Of a stretch of DNA of 64,000 bases, positions 48,206-57,931 are shown in pieces. The DNA is from a virus: the IMG/VR virus record IMGVR_UViG_3300042945_002173; one strand, 5' to 3'. The notes under the pieces are model-generated. The model was not told the origin of the DNA. It saw nothing but the letters and a program-made list of their open reading frames with translations, and ran no database searches. The translations under genes were made by a program, and so were the position numbers. How positions within the stretch are numbered: position 1 is the first letter of the stretch; each line of letters opens with the position of its first letter.

Positions 48206-49150
48206 TTATGTATATGAATAATATCCAGATACAACTAAATCTCTAAGTCCTATATACAAATCATCTGACGGAGATTCCCAACTTCCATCAACATCCGATT
48301 GAACAAATATTACACCATTTCCTATTTTCTCATAAGCAGCAGTATATCCACTACCAAATTTATAAAGACCATAAGCACCATTTAATTCAACATAGTTTGA
48401 AGCACCACTGGTCATTTCCGGCATTAATGTACTTGAAGTTGCTTTTATGAGAGTTGTGGCACTATAAGCTTCATTTGAACCAGGATTTGTTAATCTCATA
48501 ACAGTTCCTAATAGTTCAAGAACTTGATTTGACTGGGTTTGATTTCCGCAGGATGTATGTTCTCCCCTAAACCAAACAACACCCCCATTTATAAGGTATT
48601 GATGAATAGCATCAATATTTTGCTGAACAGTTGCTACAGTATTTGGTATACTTCCACAAGCGGAATGATATCCAAAGATAACAACTCCATAATTTCCTAT
48701 TGTATTAATTGTAGCATCTTCAAGTACATTATTTCTTCTTCCCTGATCTCCACCACTGCCAGGTGCATTAGTTATTGCCCCCCATTTTTTATCATAAACA
48801 GTTTTTATGCAACCAGTAGAAATATCCTCCGTTGCTAATACATTACCCTCTATAACTATATTCTTCTTATTTTCAGTATCTGTGAATAAAACATCATAAA
48901 CATATCTTCCTGGTTTAATCTCTGCCGTTACCGTTGACGCTAACGATACTCTTATTCTTCCGTTTGCTCTATCAATGAATCCAACATTAAACTTTGCGGT
49001 TGGAGTCAAACTTTCTGGGTGCTTGCGGATATAAGAAGACGCTGCATATCCAACAAGATTCAAAGGAGTTCCATCAACATTATCCAAATAGAAGTCCCTT
49101 GAAAAATACTCCCCCGTATTGATAGTAATATTATTGACGTATACCGCCAT
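48206..49150 (-). CDS. BppU-like domain protein (paralog 3) with variable C-terminal domain
   Basis: MAVYVNNITIN...NLVGYAASSYIRKH...IKPGRYVYD; late promoter at about 49170. Confidence 0.6.
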   Translation of the reverse strand: MAVYVNNITINTGEYFSRDFYLDNVDGTPLNLVGYAASSYIRKHPESLTPTAKFNVGFIDRANGRIRVSLASTVTAEIKPGRYVYDVLFTDTENKKNIVIEGNVLATEDISTGCIKTVYDKKWGAITNAPGSGGDQGRRNNVLEDATINTIGNYGVVIFGYHSACGSIPNTVATVQQNIDAIHQYLINGGVVWFRGEHTSCGNQTQSNQVLELLGTVMRLTNPGSNEAYSATTLIKATSSTLMPEMTSGASNYVELNGAYGLYKFGSGYTAAYEKIGNGVIFVQSDVDGSWESPSDDLYIGLRDLVVSGYYSYT

Positions 49151-49183
49151 ATTATAACTCTTTATTGAATATTTATCAACCCC

Positions 49184-49233
49184 TTGACAAACACTCAAAA
49201 CATAAGTAGAATCGCTTTGTTCCCGTTGAAGAT
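49184..49233 (+). promoter_or_regulatory. Sigma70-type promoter with conserved leader (copy 2)
   Basis: TTGACA-17nt-TAGAAT-CG-CTTTGTTCCCGTTGAAGAT. Confidence 0.65.
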
Positions 49234-49261
49234 AAATAATAGCTCATAAAGATCTTATAGT

Positions 49262-49711
49262 ATGAGTTATGAAAACCCTTGGAGATTCAATGGGGAAATT
49301 TTTGAGTCTTCTGATATTCAAGATAATTTTGGTTTTGTATATCTTATATCTTGTAATAAGAATAATCGTAAATATTGGGGTAGGAAGTATTTTTGGTCTT
49401 ACCGCACACCAAAAGGTAAATCTAGAAGAGTTAAACAAGAATCTGATTGGAAGAAGTACTACGGATCTTGTCCAGAACTCAAAGAAGATATAAAAAAGTA
49501 TGGTAAAGAGTTTTTCAATAGAGAAATTATAAGTCTTCATAAGACAAAGGGTGATTGTAATTATGAAGAAACAAAACAACTTTTTCTAAATAATGTGTTG
49601 AAAGAATCTCTTGACGACGGATCGCCTGCGTACTACAATAGCAATATTCTAGGCCGCTATATGCGAAAAGATTATGGTAACTTTGGAACAGACTCTTCGA
49701 GAGACGCATGA
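49262..49711 (+). CDS. Short GIY-YIG-family nuclease conserved in T4-like phages
   Basis: GFVYLI...KYWGRK, ESDWKKYYGS, F.REI, YNSNI. Confidence 0.7.
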   Translation: MSYENPWRFNGEIFESSDIQDNFGFVYLISCNKNNRKYWGRKYFWSYRTPKGKSRRVKQESDWKKYYGSCPELKEDIKKYGKEFFNREIISLHKTKGDCNYEETKQLFLNNVLKESLDDGSPAYYNSNILGRYMRKDYGNFGTDSSRDA

Positions 49712-49862
49712 TTGGGCAGTTGACCGTATTCATACTCTCTGTGAGAAAAATATTGAAGATGCCCGTGCGATCCAAACCGAATTTTGTGAGTGGTTGGATC
49801 CTGAAATTGTAGAGCATGATATTTTCTCATTAGAATACATAGGAGAGGAAGATGACACTTGA
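49674..49862 (+). CDS. Hypothetical protein
   Basis: ORF overlapping both neighbours. Confidence 0.5.
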   Translation: MVTLEQTLRETHDWAVDRIHTLCEKNIEDARAIQTEFCEWLDPEIVEHDIFSLEYIGEEDDT

Positions 49863-50523
49863 CCTTCACAACTTTTTCAAGTATTACGACGAAAACAATT
49901 CAAATCACGTAGCAGCAGTTCAATGGTTAGAAGATAACCTTCCTGCTGAATTCTTAGATGATGCTGAGACTGATTGGATTGGAATGTATAGAACTAAACC
50001 ACCAACTCCAGAAGTTCTTGCAGTTCCCTACTTCAATCAAGTAGATAATTATAGAGATGCACACAGAACTTGCAATAGTTCATCGTGTGCTATGTGTCTT
50101 GCTTTCCTCAAACCAGGAAGCATTAAAGGTGATGATGAATATGTCAAGAAAGTATTTGCGATTGGCGATACGACTGACCATGCGGTACAGACAAAAGTTC
50201 TCGCAGGTTATGGTATTAAGTCACACTTTAGTTACAATCTTTCTTTTGCTGATATTGATAAGAGCCTTGATAGAGGTAAACCTGTTGTTATTGGTATTCT
50301 CCATCGTGGTTCTCTATCTGCTCCTACTGGTGGGCACATGTGTGTAGTCATTGGTAAGACACCAGATGGCAAAGGATATTACATCAACGATCCATATGGT
50401 TCTCTCAACGATAACTATACTGGTCCTGTAACGAATGGTAAGAAGACCATTTACACCAAAGCAGTTCTCAAGCACCGGTGGTGCCCAGGAGGCAATGATG
50501 GATGGGGAAGAATCTTCGATTAA
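49852..50523 (+). CDS. Peptidase C39-like protein (putative cell-wall peptidase)
   Basis: VPYFNQ, TCNSSSCAM, GGH..V..G, INDPYG. Confidence 0.75.
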   Translation: MTLDLHNFFKYYDENNSNHVAAVQWLEDNLPAEFLDDAETDWIGMYRTKPPTPEVLAVPYFNQVDNYRDAHRTCNSSSCAMCLAFLKPGSIKGDDEYVKKVFAIGDTTDHAVQTKVLAGYGIKSHFSYNLSFADIDKSLDRGKPVVIGILHRGSLSAPTGGHMCVVIGKTPDGKGYYINDPYGSLNDNYTGPVTNGKKTIYTKAVLKHRWCPGGNDGWGRIFD

Positions 50524-50621
50524 TTTTAAGAGAAAGATACTTAAAGTAATTAAGGATCTGACTAATAACGGTAAACACAAGGAAGCAAACGATCTTTATC
50601 AAAGGTATTTCGGAGGTAACA

Positions 50622-51293
50622 ATGGCAAGAATTGATCTACACAACTTTTTTAAATTTTACGACGAGAAAAACCCTAATCATGTAAAAGCAGTTCAGTGGT
50701 TGGAAGATAATTTACCAGTTAAGTATCTTGAAGATAATGTTGATTGGGCAGAAATTTATCGCGGAAAAAAGGGTAATGCGGCACCAGCATCAGCACCATC
50801 TGCTGCCGCTTCTGTATCTGGTGGTGACGATATGCCTATGATGGGTCTAAAACTCATCAAAGAGTTTGAAGGATGCCACCTTAAAGCATATCCAGATCCT
50901 CTGACTGGTGGACTTCCAATCACAATTGGTTGGGGTTCTACTCGTAAGAAGGATGGATCGCCATTTCATATGGGCGATACCATTACTCAGGCAGAAGCAG
51001 ATGAATTACTGATCAGTCAGTGTAAGAATCAGTTTCTTCCTTCACTTCGTAAGATCCCTCATTGGAATGAAATGTCAGATGGAAAAAGAGGCGCTCTGCT
51101 CAGCTTTGCTTATAATCTCGGCGCTGGTTTCTACGGTGGTGATAACTTTAATACTATTACTAAACGCCTAAAGAATAAAGAATGGGACTTAGTTCCCGAT
51201 GCTCTTTATCTCTATCGCAATCCTGGTTCAAATGTAGAAGCAGGTCTTGCTCGTAGAAGAAAGGCAGAAGGTGAAGCATGGAAAAAAGGATAA
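50622..51293 (+). CDS. GH24 lysozyme (endolysin)
   Basis: IKEFEG..L.AYPD...TIGWG, ALLSFAYNLG, GLARRR.AE. Confidence 0.9.
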   Translation: MARIDLHNFFKFYDEKNPNHVKAVQWLEDNLPVKYLEDNVDWAEIYRGKKGNAAPASAPSAAASVSGGDDMPMMGLKLIKEFEGCHLKAYPDPLTGGLPITIGWGSTRKKDGSPFHMGDTITQAEADELLISQCKNQFLPSLRKIPHWNEMSDGKRGALLSFAYNLGAGFYGGDNFNTITKRLKNKEWDLVPDALYLYRNPGSNVEAGLARRRKAEGEAWKKG

Positions 51294-51436
51294 ATAGTTA
51301 AAATCAATACTGATTCCTGATCTTAACTGGTCTGAATCTACATACCCCGAGTCCTCTGGACTTGGTGAATACTTTACTTTTAAACAAAACTTCGGTTTGT
51401 TTCGTTTAGTACACACTGAGTCATAGAGGACTTTTT

Positions 51437-53608
51437 ATGTCTTACGCTAAGAAGGCGCTTGTTTTAGCGTCTGCTCTTTTAATGGGAGCACCAACTGCAT
51501 TTGCAGATACTATTTCTGGTACAGATTTTGAGTCTGGAAATACCTCAGGTTGGAATACTGGAAATCAAACAGGAACATTAGACAGCACAATCACTGGGCA
51601 GGGAACTGGTGTTAGTGTTGTCGATAATCCAGTAATCTTCAATGCACCCTCTCACGGAGCAGTAGGAAGTCCAACTCTCCAAGATGGTTCTCCTAACCCA
51701 TACCACGCACCCGCAGTAACACCAACAACTTGGGAGTTTGCTCCTTATGGAGATGCTGGTGCTGCATTGCAACCAAATGGTCAAGCAACATTTAACCAAG
51801 CAACAGAAGCACTTGGATTAACTGCGGCAGAAAACCAAGCAATCAAAGATCTTCTCATCCAACAACAACAAGCATCTGGATTAGGAAATCCAAATCCAAC
51901 TGATGCTGCTTGGATTACAAAGTCAGTGACTTTGCAAACTGGAACAGTTTATACAATGTCTTGGAACTACATTGGAACTGATTATGTTCCTTTCAATGAT
52001 GGTTCTATTACATCACTTGTTTATCAAGGAACAGGTTCATCTCCAACAGTAACAGTTAATAATCAACTTCAAAACTATGCACTGCTTGGGTTTACTAATC
52101 CTGGAACTGGTGACTATTCAACTGGAACTTATGGTTCTACTGGATGGCAGTATTCAACATATCAAGTAGGTGCTGATGGAGATTATCTCTTAGGATTTGC
52201 AGTATTCAACCTCGGAGACACTGCATTATCACCAGTTCTCTTAGTTGATAGTCAGCCTGGAACTACAACACAGAATGGTCAAGCATTTACACCTGTTGCT
52301 CCAAACAATCCAGATGCACCATCTGTTGATGAAGTAGCACCAACCCCAACTCCTGAACCTACACCAGAACCAGAACCCACTCCAACACCTGAACCAGAAC
52401 CTACCCCAGAGCCCACACCAGAACCAACCCCTGATCCAACTCCAACTCCTGAACCTACCCCAGAGCCCACACCAGAACCTACTCCTGAACCCACACCAGA
52501 ACCTACTCCTGAACCTACACCTGAGCCCACACCAGAACCTACTCCTGAGCCCACACCTGATCCCACACCAGAACCCACTCCTGAACCAGAATCTCCAACA
52601 TTATTAAACTCTGTAACTGTTCCTGCACCAGGACTTCCAGTTGTTGTTACTACTGAGGTTACTCATACAGCATCTGAAAAAGATGGAGTTCAAAAGATTA
52701 GAAGAGATTTTGCAACTACAAGTCAAACTCCTTTATTACAGCAAGATACTTATAGTGATGGAACTGTTATAAGTTCATTACTTCTTTCTGTTGATACAAA
52801 CAATACTCACGATGTTCTTTCTGGACGTATTGATCAGCACGAAGTTTTAGATAAGATTGGTGGTGGATTACAAAATCTTTTCATTCACGAACCATCTCAA
52901 CCAACCACAGATAAAGTAAGAGTATTCAGCAACAATTATTATGCTTGGTCTTATGGTGACTATGGATACACTGGTAAGTCGTTGATTATTGGTGGTGGAT
53001 TAGAAATTGATATCAAACCAACTTGGACTATTGGTGGTCAGTATAATAATGTGAATATTGATTTAGGTGGTGTTGATAGTACTTCTAGTCTTGTTAAGGG
53101 TCATTATGGTTTCTTTAATATGTTCCGTGGAAATACATTCTCACTCTTAACTAATGCTGGTTTCTCTCAGAACAAATATAATGTATCAAGAAATGTTCAG
53201 GGTATCTTTAATAATGAAAGTTCAACACAAGGAAAAGAATGGTTTGTAAATAACAGATTATTCTGGCATCTCAATAAGAACATAACTTCATTTGTTGGAT
53301 ATACCGTTGGTAATTACCAGAGAGATGGTTTTACTGAAACTGGTTCTATTCAATCAAGAAGAACCGTAGATACTATAAACAAAACTTCACATTCTGGTGA
53401 GGTTGGTCTAAATATTTCGCATCGTTTTGGTGGTAAGAAGAAGGATTTATTCGGCATAACTGTCGGTGGTTCTTATGAAACCAGCGGAATGATCGAGGCA
53501 AATGCTTCTGTTGATTATAAGGAAATGATAATTATTGAAGGAATTCATCAAATTAATGATGGGGTTTCTAACACAGCAGTATCTGCAAAGGTTAAATTTA
53601 AGTTCTAA
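51437..53608 (+). CDS. Autotransporter-like outer-membrane protein with Pro-rich linker
   Basis: Signal peptide, (PEPT)n stalk, amphipathic beta-strand C-terminal domain ending VKFKF. Confidence 0.65.
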   Translation: MSYAKKALVLASALLMGAPTAFADTISGTDFESGNTSGWNTGNQTGTLDSTITGQGTGVSVVDNPVIFNAPSHGAVGSPTLQDGSPNPYHAPAVTPTTWEFAPYGDAGAALQPNGQATFNQATEALGLTAAENQAIKDLLIQQQQASGLGNPNPTDAAWITKSVTLQTGTVYTMSWNYIGTDYVPFNDGSITSLVYQGTGSSPTVTVNNQLQNYALLGFTNPGTGDYSTGTYGSTGWQYSTYQVGADGDYLLGFAVFNLGDTALSPVLLVDSQPGTTTQNGQAFTPVAPNNPDAPSVDEVAPTPTPEPTPEPEPTPTPEPEPTPEPTPEPTPDPTPTPEPTPEPTPEPTPEPTPEPTPEPTPEPTPEPTPEPTPDPTPEPTPEPESPTLLNSVTVPAPGLPVVVTTEVTHTASEKDGVQKIRRDFATTSQTPLLQQDTYSDGTVISSLLLSVDTNNTHDVLSGRIDQHEVLDKIGGGLQNLFIHEPSQPTTDKVRVFSNNYYAWSYGDYGYTGKSLIIGGGLEIDIKPTWTIGGQYNNVNIDLGGVDSTSSLVKGHYGFFNMFRGNTFSLLTNAGFSQNKYNVSRNVQGIFNNESSTQGKEWFVNNRLFWHLNKNITSFVGYTVGNYQRDGFTETGSIQSRRTVDTINKTSHSGEVGLNISHRFGGKKKDLFGITVGGSYETSGMIEANASVDYKEMIIIEGIHQINDGVSNTAVSAKVKFKF
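52339..52590 (+). repeat. Coding tandem repeat (PEPT/PTPE)n
   Basis: About 12-nt units such as CCTGAACCTACA / CCAGAACCCACT. Confidence 0.9.
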
Positions 53609-53645
53609 AATCCTAAATATTACAGACTTCATCACACGGACACTG

Positions 53646-53984
53646 ATGGACAAGAAAAAGGAGAATGCTTTGGGGCAAGTGATTCGTATTGCCATCCTTG
53701 GATGGTCTGCTGCTCTTCTTACCGCTAGTTATGCTGGGGCTCTATCCAAGATGGACCCCACTTTTATTGCGACTGTTTTTACTGCCTCTGCCGCAACCTT
53801 TGGAATTAATACTATGAAGAAAGGTGGAGATGAAGAAGATGAAAAAAAAGCAGAACCTAAAAGGGAAGAGTTTGTAGAAACTCCACCAGAACCACCTGCT
53901 CCCGAAGCAGCAGCTCCATCTCTTGAAGAAAGAGTTGAAGCTCTTGAAGAGGGTCAAGTTCAACCACGTACTCCAGGAGCATAA
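53646..53984 (+). CDS. Two-TM membrane protein
   Basis: IAILGWSAALLTASY and DPTFIATVFTASAATFGI; CTAAATA upstream. Confidence 0.6.
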   Translation: MDKKKENALGQVIRIAILGWSAALLTASYAGALSKMDPTFIATVFTASAATFGINTMKKGGDEEDEKKAEPKREEFVETPPEPPAPEAAAPSLEERVEALEEGQVQPRTPGA

Positions 53985-54097
53985 TGTCTAAGTCACCAAA
54001 CAAAGGTAAGAAAGGTTCTGCTGGTGGAAAACAATCCAAGCAGAACCAGGGAAATGCTACTGCTAAGAAAGCGAAGAACGGTGGTAAGAAAAAGTAA
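53984..54097 (+). CDS. Tiny K/G-rich basic peptide (37 aa), not in the ORF track
   Basis: MSKSPNKGKKGSAGGKQSKQNQGNATAKKAKNGGKKK; AGGAG SD, TAATG coupling. Confidence 0.5.
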   Translation: MSKSPNKGKKGSAGGKQSKQNQGNATAKKAKNGGKKK

Positions 54098-54106
54098 TGA
54101 GGTTTT

Positions 54107-54298
54107 ATGCCACGTGAATGGAATACTCCAATTCGGCAACCTTGGAATCCTGTAATTAAAAAATGCCTTGATGCTGTTGATGAACACGTCAAGGCATATA
54201 TTAAAACAGGAGATGACTGGCACTTATCACAAGCAGAAATATTAAGAAAATATGTAAAAGATCTGAAAGTTTGGATACATAAAGAGGAAGGATGGTAA
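54107..54298 (+). CDS. Hypothetical protein
   Basis: GAGG SD; MPREWNTP.R.PWN. Confidence 0.55.
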   Translation: MPREWNTPIRQPWNPVIKKCLDAVDEHVKAYIKTGDDWHLSQAEILRKYVKDLKVWIHKEEGW

Positions 54299-54405
54299 TA
54301 TGGACGAATTTCCTTGGGGTGTTTTTATAATATTATCTTGTGGACTTACTTTTACTGCATACATCATTTACTACATATTAAAGTTAGCATCTGAGGAGAT
54401 GAAAG

Positions 54406-54618
54406 ATGAAACATCTGAGTCTAATTCTATCAATCACAAGTCTAGGCATTAGTGCTGCTATTGGCGTGGGTGCTTATATCACTTACCAGAAAGCACAAAA
54501 AATTCTAGATAATCCAGAAGCATTTGTTGGTGCTGTTGTAGAGAAGCAAGTCACCAAAGCATTTGAGAAACTACCTATCCCCAAACTAAATACTGGGAGT
54601 ATTAAGTTTCCTTTCTAA
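54406..54618 (+). CDS. Small membrane-anchored protein
   Basis: N-terminal hydrophobic helix. Confidence 0.5.
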   Translation: MKHLSLILSITSLGISAAIGVGAYITYQKAQKILDNPEAFVGAVVEKQVTKAFEKLPIPKLNTGSIKFPF

Positions 54619-55031
54619 TGGACAATAAAGATCCCTATATCTACAGAATACGTCAAATTCATAAGGTTGTAGATGGTGACACTATTGACGCTGATATTGA
54701 TTTGGGTTTTGATATCTCCCTTACTAAGAGAATTCGTCTTGCTGGTGTCGATACCCCAGAAAGTCGCACAGCAGATGCGAACGAAAAAAAATACGGACTC
54801 GAATCAAAAGAATGGTTGAAGCATCGTTGCGAAGGTGCCAAAAACATTCTAATCAAGACGGAACTTCCTGACTCCACAGAAAAGTATGGAAGAATCATTG
54901 GTCATCTGTTTATCAATGATGAACCAACTTCACTCAATGATCAGATGATTTCCGAAGGATATGCTTGGAATTATGATGGTGGTACAAAGAAGAAGAACTT
55001 TGCCGAACTTGATGCAAAGCGTAAGAAGTGA
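54618..55031 (+). CDS. Staphylococcal nuclease (thermonuclease)-like protein
   Basis: VVDGDTID, RIRLAGVDTPE, KYGR. Confidence 0.85.
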   Translation: MDNKDPYIYRIRQIHKVVDGDTIDADIDLGFDISLTKRIRLAGVDTPESRTADANEKKYGLESKEWLKHRCEGAKNILIKTELPDSTEKYGRIIGHLFINDEPTSLNDQMISEGYAWNYDGGTKKKNFAELDAKRKK

Positions 55032-55225
55032 TTTACTTTAATATTGTAAGACTATTCTTAATTATTTGGAGTGCCCTAATGATTTCTGCTGTGGAATCTG
55101 TTGCGATTCGTACAGAAGGTCAAGTAGAACTTGAAAGTACAAGTAGAGATGCATATGCAAAAGTACTTGTTCTTGCTGTTGGTTCTTTTCTTGGTGATGC
55201 TGCCTTTAAGTTGAAGAAAAAATGA
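55028..55225 (+). CDS. Small membrane protein
   Basis: Two hydrophobic segments. Confidence 0.4.
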   Translation: MIYFNIVRLFLIIWSALMISAVESVAIRTEGQVELESTSRDAYAKVLVLAVGSFLGDAAFKLKKK

Positions 55226-55555
55226 AAAGAATATCTTTACATTTTTTAATTTTAGCAAGACTCCTAACTCACGATGGAATAATACTTGAAAATAGAAGAC
55301 CTATTCCTAAAAAACAACCGCCAGAAGTTATTCGTTTTGTTAGGAGACCAGCACGAAGAGGGCGCAAAAAATCTTTACAATTTGATACTAGTTTGTTAAA
55401 TAGTAAAGATTTGTTTAAGGTGTTACAAAATGACCACGGCACCAGCAAAGGATAAACGTAAAAAAGAGAAGAATAATATTTTTCTAGAAATTCTTTATAA
55501 CGTTTTAGTTCAGTTACCAGTTCTAGTGATTGGATGGATTATCACACAATTTACA

Positions 55556-56386
55556 TCAGAAAGATAATCTGGCAGATAATTTTTTAGCAATTTTTTTAGC
55601 AGGGGCAAAGAGAGGTTTAAATCTTTCTTTGCCTTCTTTTGTGAACTTATCTTTGATTACATCGTCAATAATGATTTTATTATCAATCTCATAGAGAGCA
55701 TTGATTTCAACTTGGTCACGAATATATTGCTCTACATTAGTTACTTGTTCTATTAAACGAGTTCCTTCGGCAGAGTATTCAAAAACATCTACATGTCCAC
55801 CTTCTGCTAGGACATAATGTAGTACTGGCTTTACTTGTTTGATTTTAATCTTAAACTTATTCTTTGTTGCTTCTTTGATGATTGGTTCTGCTGCATTCTT
55901 CAAAGCATTCAGAACAGTTGTTGATGCTATTGTAGCAGCAGTCGTTACTACTGCGACAGCACCAGCCGTAGCAACAAGAGAAGGGTCAGGTAAATTAATA
56001 TCGACTCCATAAACACTAAAAGTTGTTGGTGTTGTTGTTGGTTTGTCTGCTGGTATTTCAGCAATGGGTGTTTGAGTAGGAGGGGTTTGAGCAATCTGTG
56101 GAAGTTCAGGAGGGGGAGTAGGATCTGGAAAACCTCTACTTTTTTCTTGTTGTTCTTGTTCTTGTTTTTGTTTTTCTGCTTTTACGGCAGCATCAAATTC
56201 TTCTTGTGTTGGAACATTGATGACTGGATAATTGATTGATGGATTTGTAATATTAATAACTGGTACTTCCAATCCACGAATAAGTGGTTGTTGTGTAGTT
56301 TGAGTAACAGGAGGTTCTATTGTAGGTATGATTCGTGGAGAATCAATTTTTACTGATTTGATTGGTTGTATTTCCATTGACGACAT
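55556..56386 (-). CDS. Hypothetical protein, Pro-rich with a central TM helix
   Basis: LVATAGAVAVVTTAATIA; last gene of a 4-gene minus-strand operon. Confidence 0.6.
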   Translation of the reverse strand: MSSMEIQPIKSVKIDSPRIIPTIEPPVTQTTQQPLIRGLEVPVINITNPSINYPVINVPTQEEFDAAVKAEKQKQEQEQQEKSRGFPDPTPPPELPQIAQTPPTQTPIAEIPADKPTTTPTTFSVYGVDINLPDPSLVATAGAVAVVTTAATIASTTVLNALKNAAEPIIKEATKNKFKIKIKQVKPVLHYVLAEGGHVDVFEYSAEGTRLIEQVTNVEQYIRDQVEINALYEIDNKIIIDDVIKDKFTKEGKERFKPLFAPAKKIAKKLSARLSF

Positions 56387-56957
56387 CCTGTACTCGTGGA
56401 TACTTCACAACAACATCAGCACAAATTTTAAAATATGGACTTTCTGGATGGAAACTAATTCCATTTTTAATCGCTTCACCACATTTTAATAATCTTACAA
56501 GTTCAAAATCAAGTCTTGCTTTATCTGCTTCTGCTTGTTGTCTTGCAATTTCTACTTTAGCTCTTGATTTACAGATCTCAGTAAGACTTCCATCAAGTGG
56601 GAAGTTAAATCCCATTGAAAATCCAGCATTTCCACTATGAGATTGATATTGTGATGGATCTGCTCCCCCATTTAGACTTCCTAAAATGAAAGGAGAGAGA
56701 CTCATTGTTGGACCTTGACAACTAACTCCACTACCGAAAGTATTCATGGCGTAAGGACCTTGTAACACCTGAACTGCCTGGTTTGTAACATTACCAGTGG
56801 CAGATGCCGAAGGTCCTGCTATATTTGTATTGGATGGAGCTTGTTGTGCTTTACTTCTACTCGAACCTGCAAGTGTTAATAATAGTATAGTTGCTATTGC
56901 GTAAAGACTGATACTGAGTTTGTTGTTGAATCTTGTGTAGTGGTTCTTTCTATCCAT
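56343..56957 (-). CDS. Secreted hypothetical protein
   Basis: Signal-like segment; GNVTNQAVQ, SCQGPT, four Cys. Confidence 0.6.
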   Translation of the reverse strand: MDRKNHYTRFNNKLSISLYAIATILLLTLAGSSRSKAQQAPSNTNIAGPSASATGNVTNQAVQVLQGPYAMNTFGSGVSCQGPTMSLSPFILGSLNGGADPSQYQSHSGNAGFSMGFNFPLDGSLTEICKSRAKVEIARQQAEADKARLDFELVRLLKCGEAIKNGISFHPESPYFKICADVVVKYPRVQDVVNGNTTNQISKN

Positions 56958-57259
56958 GTTTCCTTAGCCACCCCAGGCCCAAGTGTTGTTTCACTGAACT
57001 GGAACGGAGCACCTTGAGTCATAACGCTATAATTAGCACCAGGCGTAGGAGTACCAGGAATATTGATATTCGTGCCTGTGACTGTATAAGATGTCCCAGT
57101 GGTATATTCTATTTGTTTAATCGTCTCAACGATTTCTGTGCGTGTCTTAGTTTCTGCTGTGATTGTTCCTCTGGTAAAATTAGGTACAACACTTTCAGCA
57201 TATGCAGGAGTACAAATGACTCCCGCTGCTAAAAGCAGAACGGGAGTTATGTATCTCAT
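56894..57259 (-). CDS. Secreted hypothetical protein
   Basis: Signal peptide ending AYA; VVPNFT.G; C-terminal SVFTQ. Confidence 0.6.
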   Translation of the reverse strand: MRYITPVLLLAAGVICTPAYAESVVPNFTRGTITAETKTRTEIVETIKQIEYTTGTSYTVTGTNINIPGTPTPGANYSVMTQGAPFQFSETTLGPGVAKETWIERTTTQDSTTNSVSVFTQ

Positions 57260-57720
57260 TTGAATACACTTAATTCGATTGTTCTTTGTGCTGTTGCAGT
57301 TGTACCAGGACCACCAGCAGTTACGCTAGGAACGCCAGTTCCACTTAGAGAACCTGCAAGAGAACCTTTATCTCCTGCTAACTGAGTAGTAGAATTCCCA
57401 TAAAGGTTGGGAGAAGCAATAACTCCACCAGAGACCGACTGAGTGGTGACTGCTGTATCAGCAGCGCGTTGAGTTTCTGAGAAAGTAAATGCTTGACCGT
57501 TTGTATCAATGCCATATGAACCTGCGCCACCAACTCCACCAAGAGTAGTAACGTCAATATTTGTACCTGAAACAGAATAGGAAGCACCTACTCTTTCGGT
57601 TTGAATCGCTGCACCCTGAACACCAAGTTGAACGGAATCAGTAATTTTTGATGTAATTTCAGCAGCACCAGCAGGATTAACTAAGAATAATGTAGAAAGG
57701 ACTAAAAGAACTTTCTTCAT
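57256..57720 (-). CDS. Secreted hypothetical protein
   Basis: MKKVLL...AGA signal; beta-rich; C-terminal SVFK; CTAAATA upstream on the minus strand. Confidence 0.6.
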   Translation of the reverse strand: MKKVLLVLSTLFLVNPAGAAEITSKITDSVQLGVQGAAIQTERVGASYSVSGTNIDVTTLGGVGGAGSYGIDTNGQAFTFSETQRAADTAVTTQSVSGGVIASPNLYGNSTTQLAGDKGSLAGSLSGTGVPSVTAGGPGTTATAQRTIELSVFK

Positions 57721-57931
57721 TTTTCTTGAGTAATAAACACTACAAGTATTTAGCACAACCATTTTTAGAAGTGGTCTACTTGACAAATCCTAAATAAAAA
57801 CTTAATATGGAAAATCCCATATCAGGGATTTTATTATGAGTCTGTGATGTGACATTAGAGCCGTGGAAGGTGCCCTTCGAGAGAGGTGGTGTACCCCCCT
57901 TCTATACGGATGTAGAGTTCAATTAATTTTA

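Noticed and set aside
52279-52578. (GSGV)n ORF and possible CRISPR-like repeat
   Set aside because: It is the reverse complement of the coding PEPT repeat; there are no unique spacers.
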